A stretch of DNA of 56,631 nucleotides, filler included, from Jimgerdemannia flammicorona (taxonomy: Eukaryota): assembly GCA_003990765.1 (NCBI GenBank). It is 3 parts of 3 records of this genome, joined end to end, with 100 filler letters (N's around TTAATTAATTAA, not from the genome) between each part and the next. Parts side by side here need not be neighbours in the genome. Positions count along the whole stretch, not along the records: positions 18,914 to 37,724 come from RBNJ01002108.1; 2 more parts are not named here. One strand, 5' to 3'. The position numbers and the translations under genes are program-made. Within the stretch, counting starts at the first letter, position 1. Every line of letters starts with the position of its first letter. Below, one piece after another: positions 23,501 to 34,306 of the stretch. Below the pieces are notes generated by a model. It was not told where the DNA came from and made no database searches. It worked only from the letters and a program-made list of their open reading frames with translations.

Positions 23501-25720
23501 CATGATCCTTTAGGATGGTCATCTCTAGTCTGGTTGTGAGTAGGGTGGTTGTCTGGGGTTCGAGTACAGTTTCTTCTACTGTAGCAATGTCCATTCCAGC
23601 TGTATTTTCTGACTTGTATTCTGGTAAGACTGCATCAGGGTGGATCTTTTGAATCTTGACCTTGATTTCTTCTTTGTCATCACTGTCCTTCAGGAGAGCT
23701 GGTGGTTCATCATCTTCCTCCTTCTCTTCTTCCCTGATCTGTTCTTCGAGAGCTTTCTGCCTTCTTTCTGGTGGATCTTCCTGATTCCGATGGTGCACTG
23801 GTAGCAATCGTTGACATGCTCCATACAGTACATCTTGATTCCATGAGGGCAGACTCCTTGTGGTGCATAGCCTTCTGCCATCTTCTTGCACCATTCTTCT
23901 TCACTCATCCATCCAACTTTCTTCTTCTTTGGAGTAGTCACCATATAAGCTTCCTCTTGCTTGCTCTCTTCTTCCTCCATATTGGGCAGGACTCCTTTGT
24001 TGACATTGATGGGAATTTGTATCTTCTGTCCCCGGTAGGTGATTTGCATCTTCTGGGCATTGAGATCGATTACTGCCTTGGCTTTGTGAAGCCATTGATT
24101 GCCGATGAGGATGTCATAGTTGGTGGTATTGGTTATGATTACATCTACTGGGATTGTTGCTCCTCCAATCTTGATGGAAACATCTCGGATCTTTTTCAGA
24201 GGTGTGGCTCTTGTGCCATTGGCTGTGACGAATACTAGCTTAGTTGCTTCTTCCACATCCCAACCTAGGCGGTCTGCTGCTTTCTTGCTGAGGAGACATC
24301 CTCCTGCTCCTGTATCAATGATGGCTTCAAAGATTCTATCTTTGATTTAGCATGTTGCATAAGCAGAGGTTTTGTGATTGTCCTCACTTTCTTCTCCTGA
24401 GTCCTCTTGAACATTGTTGGCCTCAGTTATCTTCCAGCCTTGCTCCTTGGTGGTTTCTGCAAGTCCAAATCTCATTTGCTGTCTGAAAGTAGGTATTTCT
24501 GTGAGCTGACCAAAGATTGCATAGACCTTTTGTTGACTGAGATCCTTGAAGATATCATACTTGAAGGTCTTGGTCTTGCGAAGCTTCTTTTCTTTTTCTC
24601 CTTCACTGGCTGGAGTGGTTCCTCAGATGATATCTTGAACTGCTTGCTCAAGCTCTATGTCTTGATCCATTTCTTCGGCTTGGCTTTCTGTGGCTATTTC
24701 CATCTGTCTTTCCACTGGGTTCTTCTTGGGTCTTTCTGGTGGTCACTTGTAAGGTTCTTTGTGAACATCCTTCTTGGTGGTCTGAGCAGGATAGGCCTCC
24801 CATTCCTCTTCATCGGAATCTCCAATTTCCTCAAAGGTAATTGTATTGGCCTGCTCCTTGTTTCGTGTAGCATTGCTTGGTTGAGCCTTGTGCTTGGTTT
24901 CGCTCATGCATTCGTAGGAGTAGTGGCCTTCTTCTCCACAGCTGTAGCAGGTACCTTTCTTCTTGTCTGAGGTGGCAGCAAACTTCTGAACAGGGTGGCG
25001 ATCTCTTCCTCAGATTTCCTTTACCACATCTCCCAGATGGGCAGTCATTTCAGCAAACCTTTTGGCGAGTTCCTCCATAGGGTCACTGTTCTTTTGCTGC
25101 TCTGTAGCTTTTGGCTGAGGTGTGTTTTGATTGATCATTGTGATAGGGATCACACTGGTTGCCTTGGGTGCCTCAATTCTGACTCCTGTAACTCTCTCCA
25201 TTGTATGGTCTTGTGGGTGTCTGGCTATCCACAATCGCTGAGCATAGGTGACCTTCTGTGGCAGATCCAGAATCACTGGTGATGAGCAGATGGCTATGGC
25301 TATTTCTGGATGGACTCCTTTCATGAAGGTTGCTTCGGCTACTTGATCTTGGATAGCAGCAGCATAATCTGCAAGGATTATCTGATATCAAATTCTGGTA
25401 TAGAATGTGTTTGGATCCTCACTCATTCCTTGGTACATTGTGTTGAGCTGATCCTTCAGGGCTTGCTTGATCTCATCTGTATAATATGTGTTTCGGAGCC
25501 AGGTCTTCTGTACCATCAGTATGGCATCGGCATCATTTCCTGCATGGGTTGCACCTGTGAATGCTGCTCTGGCAGAACCTCGTAGGCTGAAGGGCATGAG
25601 GGCTACTTGCTGTACTGCTGTCAGGGTCCTTACAGTGGCATACTGCTCAAAATCATCAATGAAGGTGATGATTGATTCATCTGAGGTATATCCATGAAAT
25701 ACTGGTGGTCTCATATCCAT
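20543..25720 (-). pseudogene. gag-pol of family A (gag, CCHC knuckle, aspartic protease, Cys/His module, dUTPase, RT, RNase H, integrase with GPY/F)
   Basis: MDMRPPVFHG start; CYSCGEEGHYSYEC; IIDTGAGG; MPFGMCNAPASFQ; YVDN (mutated YxDD); QMDASAQGLGAVL; TAYHPQGNGQVERTN; KWEGPY. Contains premature stops and frameshifts. Confidence 0.93.
23250..23665 (-). other. dut: dUTPase domain between protease and RT (family A)
   Basis: All five trimeric dUTPase motifs: AGMD, RSSLA, GVIDSDYTGEI, DRLAQ, RGKKGFRSTG. Confidence 0.95.
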
Positions 25721-25834
25721 CTTGTCTAGGTATTGGGGCTCAGTTTGTATGGTTGTTCGGGTAGTGTCAGTTGTTTGTTGTTCAGCTTGAAAGTGAGGGA
25801 TTCGTCTTGAATCACCAGCTAATGGGCACCAAGT

Positions 25835-26310
25835 TGTAATGTAGCAGATGCTTACTCTTGAAAGTATGTCAGATTTCTGTATCTTGAAAACTTGACTGTT
25901 CTGACTCATGCAGAGTCTCTTGAAGTTGCAGGGGAGGGTGGGTGAGTTTGAAGTGTATCTGCCCACAGGCTTACTAGTTCCTTTGCTATCTCTTTGCTTT
26001 GAACTATTTCAATCTGAGGTTTATTCACTCGAAGATACTGGATTATTTATACAAGTTTGCTAGCTATGAGAGGGTGGCTAAGTAATAAATGAGTCATTTG
26101 GACTTTGTCGAAACATTTGGACAATGTCTAAATGCTATACTAAATCAGGACATTCCATTTGGATAATGTCTAAAATTTAGACAATGTCTAAGAATTTAGA
26201 CAATGTCGAAATCGGCGACTGCTAACTATAAGGCTATACTACTTTGGGAATAGGTGCAATCAAATGTCTATTCCCTATTTCCTTCTTCCAAATTTAGCTA
26301 TACTATCACA
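25835..26310 (-). repeat. 5' LTR of family A element
   Basis: TG..CA ends, 476 bp, followed on the minus strand by ACT + TGGTGCCCATTAGCTGG. Confidence 0.95.
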
Positions 26311-28779
26311 ATATATATAATATCTGCTCTATATTAAGATATATCACAATAAAATTAATATTATATATATTATATCTAGAACAGTACTATAATATATTTA
26401 TAGACTCTAGAATTATTCTAGATATATACCAGATACTATACTAAATAGTTCAGATATGTATTATATAAATTACCAGATTATTGTATAGAGTTACTAGATA
26501 TTATAGGATATAAATTGATATCTGAGTATTATTTTATATCTAGATATACTCAGATTAGTCAGATATCTCTTAATATTTTTATAATGCTATTGGGATAATA
26601 ACTACTGATATAAATACTAACTCACATTTATATCTAACTACTTCCACTATAATAAAGAAATAGGAGATACAACCTATACCTCCAGATAACCCTCAAGATA
26701 GAACTAATGACCTCATTTCTTAAGTATAAGTAATATAAAGAATAACTACCAGCTTACTATAATCCTGCAATATATAGTTCCATAATCTACTGAAGATATA
26801 CTGATAGCAAATTTGAATAATATACCCCTTCTCTGCTCTCCAATCTATACTCAGCATATGAGACAGATGATATATACCATTCTGTAGGATGATCACTTCA
26901 TTCTAACATATGTACTACTATATATATAAATAAATAGAGAGATATAATCCAAGAACCACTCTTTCTAGACAACTACTTTATCAGAGATAATATCATTAAT
27001 AGTGACCTTATTAAATAATATTCAGACAGTATTGAAATCTATAAATAGCTTAGCAGTCATTAGTATAGTTATTAGTTTAGTATAATATAACTATATTCTA
27101 ACTTATCAGTCAGTAGATCTCTTGATATATTAGTTCACACTTTGTATAACATAATTATATTCTGATATAATAAGTACTAAAGTACTATATCCATATTTAG
27201 TCTAGTCTAGATATATAACCTCTCATTAGTATAAATACCCCCTCTCTCAGATCTTAGAAACTCAGACAGAAATTGGGATAAGAATCAGATAAATACTTTT
27301 TCATATAAATATTCCTTTATACACTACTCTTAGTATTAGCTAATAGCAATATTATAAATAGTCACAAGTGTTTTGACAGCAATTGATATAGAGCTGAAGA
27401 AATGATTGAATTTCAATTACTGGATCTTTGATACTATATATAGAATATTGTTGTAAGTAGCCCCCAGAATAAATCTATTTAATAATCTACAAATCACTCT
27501 TAAGTAAACCTATATTATATTAGATTCTGCTCCTAACTAGATCTAGAAATTTTCTAATTTAGTATTATCTATAACAATATACCAATTCAACTAAGCTGGT
27601 TTTAGTTTTTTCTTTCTGAAATAAAGAAAATCCTGAACATCCAGAACAAGTCTGATAAAGAACTTTGATTAAAATATCAATTCAATCATAAAATCAATAA
27701 GTATAGAGAATATACTCTATATATATAAAATTGATCTTAATCTTAAGAAATTAATCTTCTAGAATATCTAAAACTTTCTGAAAACCCCTTCCAGAACTAT
27801 ATAATGGTACCTTTATAAAGTATTCTCTTACAACTTTGTAGTAGTGGTCTACAATCTAATTTTACTTTAAGATGTTTCCTCACTTAGCTATAATTCTCAA
27901 CAGAAATTCCTATAAGTTGATATAAAGCCCAATTACTGAACTGGAATTTATCCCAAACTATCTCAATCTGAAGTAAATTGAATTTAATATATAAGAACAA
28001 TTAGACCTCTATATCTGTAATAAGTAGGACAAACTTCATATATACAAAGAAGTACTCCAATTAAATAAACAGATAGATAAAACCCTATTTATCAAACTTC
28101 TTACTCTATATACTACAAGTTAAGATGAAAAAGGTCTTATATGTAGAAGTCTTCTTTATCCTTCTCAATAAGAGTTTTATAAGCTCTACAAATCTAAACA
28201 ACCTAGGACAACCAGCAGCTATATTTCTAGCCCTAGTTTCTCACAAAGCCCAAGCCTCTATAGTCAAGTAGCTCAACTATACTGACTACTACCATACCAG
28301 AACTAAGACTGCTCTATACTACTATTTTCAGAATTGCAAGACTCACTATATTCATAAAGAAGAAGATAGAGAAACTCTTTATAACAATCAGACTCTGAGT
28401 CAGAAGTAGGCCTAGTTAGAACTTTATCTGAATCTGAAACCAAACCAGAAATAAATCCCAATCTCAAAAGAGCTTTTGATTTAAGCCCATCTGAACTCTG
28501 GTATATAATTGATATCATTTACTTTGATACTAACAAATCCAGCTCTATCAAGACTAAAGTGAAGAAGAGGAGAAGTATCTTAATGAATTTGATCTCAGAT
28601 ATACTACCAAAGGAGATATCTATCTCAGGATAAAATATATCCACAGAATAACAAATATTTATTTATTAGGCCCTTATATAGTTACTCTAGTAACTTATAT
28701 AAACTCAAGAAATACCATCATACTTCACACTAATATCTCAAATTATATCAGTAACTCCATTATCAGTAGTTCAACTATC

Positions 28780-31700
28780 TCCTATAAACAATATAGCAAA
28801 TTAACAAATTTAAGACCTTATAGCCCAGATAGGTATAATAGTAGCAACTATTACTATCTTAGCCAAACAGACTCAGCCAACTAAAAGTGAGAGTCTATCT
28901 ATTTTTAATAGTACTATACAAGAAGTCCAAAGCTTTATTAGTATAGTAAATATTAATTTCAAAGCCAATCAATAGACTAATGAGCAAGTTGCAAACTATA
29001 TCTTAATGAACAACTATTGAACAACCTTTTGTCACTACTATGGCTAATGTTTATATTGTGGAATGTGGACTTTGGAGAGAGAAGCAAACTGTTTATTGCT
29101 AATTCTTATGCACTTTTACACGTCACAATTAGTGACATTTACATGATGATGTAGTCAAGGAAGACTGTGCCACCATATATCAAGTTGTAACCTACATATT
29201 TCAATACTTCTGCTCAACAAGATATGCAAATTTCCAAACTGCAATACTAAGCTATAACCACTGCAAATCTTGCTGCAATATTCAGACCGCTATCTAGAAA
29301 CCAAAAAACATCTGAATTGCCTGCTTAAAGCTTGAAAAATAGGTTGAAAAGTAGAGATGTGAACATTCATAGATAAGCAATGTTGGTAGAAATCTGCAAT
29401 ATAGTGATAGGGAAAAGAAATGCATTGAATATGAAATAGATTTCGAAATTGATCTGCCAAAATACTTCTGTATAGCTCACTATTGTTGTTGTTTTTTATT
29501 GCTGGCATATAGTTTTTGCTGCCATAACTCCCATTCCCTTTATGCATAGATCAAATCTTGTCTTTGGGAGGGCTTTCATTAATGAATCTGCTATCATACT
29601 CTCCATTGGAGTGTATTCCAGGTGTATAGTGTTGTTTTCCATGTATTCCCATATGAAATAATGCTGTATATCGATGTGTTGCATTCTAGCGTGGTGTATA
29701 GGATTCTTTGCCAAAGCAATCATTAATTGGTTATCTTGCTGGAGTAGTGTAGAGTGCTGTTGCTTGTATCCCAGCTCCTTTAACAGTTCTCGAAGCCAGA
29801 TAGCCTCCTTTGTTGCCATTGACAATGCTTGATATTCTGCTTGTATAGAGGATGTTGCTACTGAAGGTTGCTTACATGTTTGCCATGAAATGGCTCCATT
29901 GTTTACTTTAAAGATGTATCCAGTTATAGACCTTCTGTCATCTAAGTCGCTGGTCCAATTGGCATCACAAGAACCGAATAGGCATATAGTACTCCTGCTT
30001 TGCCCATTATCACCACCCAAACTGAGTGTATAGTCCATGGTTCCTTTGATGTATCTGAAAATTCACTTAATTGCCATCCAATGGCTATTGTTATAGCATG
30101 AAGAATACTGCGCCACTTTGTTTACCACAAAAGAGATATCAGGTCTCATCCCTTGCATAAGATACATGAGGGATCCCATGGCTTATCAATAGGGGATATC
30201 ATTTCCCTCAGACATAGTGTCAGACTTCTTTAGTTTCATGAATGTTTCTATAGGTGTCCTGACTGGTTTGTATTCACTCATCCCAAATTGCTTGAGAATA
30301 TTTCAAATATATGTAGCTTGCGTTAGGTGTATAGTGCACTCATGCCTATTATGTGTAATTGATATTCCAAGGAGATAGGATGCTTCGCCTAAGTCCGTCA
30401 TTTTGAATTCCTGGCATAGTATAGCCTTTACATCGTTGATTTCACTTGCCATTCCAACTAAAATAATATTGTCAACCCAAATTCCCAGATATACCATTCC
30501 TGAGGATGTATGTCAGGTATATATGTATGGATCGGCTTCACAATGCTTGAATCCAGTGTCTAGGAGATATCCATCGAACTTTCGATTCCACAATCTTGCC
30601 GCTTGCTTGATTCTGTAGAGCCCTTTGCATAATTTACATATGAGCTCATTTCTGTCATTGTTGTATAGTTCGTATCCTTGTGGTTGTCATACGTATAACT
30701 CCATATCTACGTCACCGTTCAAGAATGCTGTCTTTACGTCCATTTGGTATATTTCATAGTCATACTTGGCTCTGATTGCAAGAAGTATTCTAAGCGAAGT
30801 CAACTTAAATACTGGAGAAAATGTCTCATCATAGTCTATGCTGTGGCCTTACGAGTACTCCTTTGCTACAAATTGAGCCTTATACCGTTCTATGTTGCCA
30901 TTAGCCTTATGCTTGATCTTGTAGACCCACTTTGATCCTATAGCTTGTCGCTCTGCTGGAAGGCTTACTAGATCCCAAGTGTTGTTTTCGATGAGTGAAC
31001 TGTACTCCTTGTCTATAGCCCTTCTCCACTCCTTATCATTTGAGTGAATGGCTTCATCGTAGTTCTCTGGTTCGCCGGTTGTTGCAATATATGCACATTC
31101 ATAAGAATTGGTGTAGTTCACATGATGTTCACTATTGTTGCTATGACGGGATGTCTTAGGCAGGTCCCAATAACCTCCTAAATCCATATCTAGAACTCTG
31201 AATTTGTACTTTTGTTTGCCCTTCAGAGAGGTATCCTCTTCGTCATCCTCATCCATAATTTCTATTATCCTTAGTTCTTGCAACTTCATTGCCGTTTGAA
31301 TGGGTTGTGCTTTCACTGGCTGTACCATCAAATTCACTGTCAGATTCACCATCAGATTCAAGATAGGAATTTCCACATAAATTTCCTGCTTAGTCTCCTT
31401 GAACTGTACATCACATGAAATGATCATATGTCATTTCTGTAGGTTCCAAAGTCTGTATCTCGCTCCATTGTATTCAAGGAATATGTATATGCTTATCTGC
31501 CTTAGGTTCGAACTTGCCTCGGTTGCCACCTTTGTGCCTTGCTTCCAAATATGCGTAAGTGTGAAATGTCAGGCTTGGATCCATTCTATAATTCCTCAGG
31601 GGTAAGATTGCTGTCGTTCCTGGATTGCTTGCCAGGATCCTTGCTTAGAGCTCGAGAGAAACAATGATTTCAAATATATGCTGCCATATTCACCACTTCC

Positions 31701-34306
31701 ACCTAAAAGGACTTCGGTAAGCTGGCCGTATTCATCATCATTCTAGCCATTTCCACTATCATTCGATTGAATCGTTCTGCCATGCTCTTTTGCTGAGATG
31801 TATAAGGGGCTGTCATAGAGTGCTGTATACCATTCTTCTTCAAGAAGTATCTGAAACCTTTATTGACGTATTCTTTGCCATTATCTGAGCATAGGGTTCG
31901 TATTCTATGTTCCGTCTCATTCTCTACGGCTGCCTTGAATTCCCAGAATTTGTCAAATACCTCATTTTTCCCTGCAATGAGATATATGTGGACTTTGCAT
32001 ATATAATCATCAATGAATGTAATAAAATACTTCTTCCTGAAGTGTGATGCTGTTCACATGGGGCCACAAATATCCATATGAATCAAATCGAGAATGTCAG
32101 CTGCTCACTTCGTTCATTCCTGAAAAGGTTGCCAGGAAGCCTTGTTTGCCATGCATCTATCGCAAAAGAAATCCGGTGGCATATAGTCTGGTAAACCATA
32201 CACGGACTTGTTCCTTACCATCTGTTCAAGACTCATTTTACCAATATATCCTAAGCATTCATACATTATATGCCAGAAATCCTCTCCTGTCATAGTTGTA
32301 GAATATGCGGATATAGTGCCACTCAGCATGCCATTGATTGCATATAGATTCCCCTTTTTCAATGCGTACATTAACTCCTTATTGTTCTTCAGATTGATTA
32401 TTGTTACACCATTTGGACATATATTTACTCCTCTGTCCCTATGAGCCATCATCTGGCCTATCGAGAAGAGGTTCTTGCCTATATCTGGAGTATATAATAT
32501 GTCCACAAAGGTGCCTGAAGGTTCATCAATGTTTCCATGAAGATGTATGCCTATGTTGCCTTTCTCTTAAGTGTAAATGACATTATTGTAACCTAGCTTG
32601 ATAGGTATGGAATGCTCGAACTTCTCGTACATAGAGAACCACTCCCAGTGAGCCATCATATACTGTGTTACACCTGAATCCATGAGCCAGACCTCTTCGC
32701 TGCATGCATAAGTGCTGTTTGGCATATAGCTTACATTTGCACTGGTGCTGACGTTGACGTCACCATTTTTTGCTGTCTGAAAAGTGTTTCCTTTATCAGG
32801 ATTTGTAGATGTCGAATTGCCACCGCATTTGCAACTGGCATTGTTTTTCGAATTATCTCCTGCTTCTGCATATAGATAGGTTGCTGCTTCTGTAAAGAAT
32901 AGACCTCCCCCATTACCACCACTGTCATTATTGGCATCTACCATATTTGCCTGCCATTGTCCACCTTTCTCCTTTTTCTTGCGGTTGCAGTCCTTTTCAT
33001 GATGTCTGAGCTTGTCACAATAGAAGCATTTCCCAGCAAATTTCTAACTATCGCATTGCTAGCTCTTGCCTCAGCCTTTATTTGACTTGCCTTTGCTGTT
33101 GCCTCGTCCACATGCTCTGCCATAAAAGGCTTTTTCCTTGCCATCATTGTCTTCATTGGCATTCAGCCTTGTTTCCTTGTTTAATAGGCTCATGATAACA
33201 TGCTTGTAATCTGATAATTTGCTGGACTCTCTCATAGCTGCAACGACAATGTTGTACACCTCTGGAAGGCCTTGTGTAAGGGTCAGGACCTTGTTTTCAT
33301 CTCTAATGGCATCCTCTGGCATAGTTGTAAGGGAATTCACTTGATTCACTAGCTCGTCGACTCGGTTGACATATTCCCGGATATTCTCCATTGACTTCAT
33401 TCGAAGATTGAATAATTGTGTCTTCAAGTGGAATCTGTTCGAAGCGAATGCTTGTTGGTGGTGATTTCACAAGATGTCCCAGGCTTTGTTCGCCATCGTA
33501 GCATTGATTACGAGCTTTATTTGCGTATTCAAAAGGGTAAACATAATCTCCCTTAGTGCCTTATAATCATTAGTAGCATTGTACCCCATAATCTGTACCT
33601 GTGGCTTCCAATAGTCCCCCAAACTACATTCTTTAAGGAGATTCTTCATATGATACACCCATATAGTGTAATCTGTACTGTCAAAGACAGGAATCATCCT
33701 TTTTACTATGTTTATAGTTGTAGGTGCCACTATCGTTGTTGTTGTCATCATCATAATAGGGGCTGCCATACCCATACTGGTACCCGAGCCTGTATTACTG
33801 CTGGGGCTTAGTGCACTGCTAGCACTGCTTATATTCATGTATAGCATAGTGTAGCATATGTGTTAGAGAGTGTATTATAGCCACTAAGCAGGGCTCATAA
33901 CCTGTTGTGGAATGTGGACTTTAGAGAGAGAAGCAAACTTTTTATTGCTAATTCTTATATGCTTTTATGTGTTGCAATTAGTGATATTTATATGATGATG
34001 TAGTCAAGGAAGGCTGCGCCACCATATATCAAGTTGTAACCTATATATTTCAATAGTTTACTAAGTTGTTACATTCTTTTGAGGACCTGCTGAAGAATAG
34101 TGGTAAACCCTTCCTGAAAAATCTCTCACATAAGATACCCAACCTATAGTTGTTGCTCAAAATGTATTAAATAATATCTCTAGATATAGAAACCACCCTG
34201 CAGCTCCTGGGCTCAAATAATTCATAATTGTCTAATATTATAGTAAGACTCTAATTGCTGATTTCTGAGTCAAACTCTATTAACCTCAAATTTGATATAC
34301 ATATAT
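28780..34306 (+). mobile_element. Old Gypsy-like gag relic interrupted by the Copia element
   Basis: Before the Copia TSD: eroded (P)xFxG...V..FI......F.AN.(W) pattern. After it: gga cct gct gaa gaa tag tgg = GPAEE(W)W, a gag motif. Heavily mutated; boundaries approximate. Confidence 0.45.
29054..34055 (-). mobile_element. Full-length Ty1/Copia LTR retrotransposon, inactivated
   Basis: 153-bp LTRs at 29054-29206 and 33903-34055; 5-bp TSD GTTTA on both sides; PBS GGTTATGAGCCC (33891-33902); PPT TTGAGCAGAAG. Motifs: CCHC CFYCDKLRHHEKDC, WLMDSG, DLIHMDICGP, KWVYKIK, WVDNIIL, SCDANW. Order PR-IN-RT-RH. Confidence 0.96.

Larger units (their letters stand above)
19579..26310 (-). mobile_element. 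Full-length Ty3/Gypsy LTR retrotransposon (family A) with dUTPase and an extra 3' ORF; inactivated
   Basis: Two 476-bp TG..CA LTRs and an ATAT TSD (19575-19578, 26311-26314). PBS TGGTGCCC.. follows the 5' LTR; PPT AGGAGGAAG precedes the 3' LTR. Domain order gag-PR-dUT-RT-RH-IN. Confidence 0.97.

Noticed and set aside
23755..23785. Possible programmed frameshift before the dUTPase
   Set aside because: The copies at ~14690 and ~39050 stay in one frame across this point, so it is a 1-nt deletion in this copy.
24407..24970. Long hydrophobic plus-strand ORFs opposite gag-pol
   Set aside because: Antisense shadows of A-rich coding sequence with no motif support.
26340..28780. Possible LTR/leader of an old element
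   Set aside because: Too eroded to define ends or a partner repeat.
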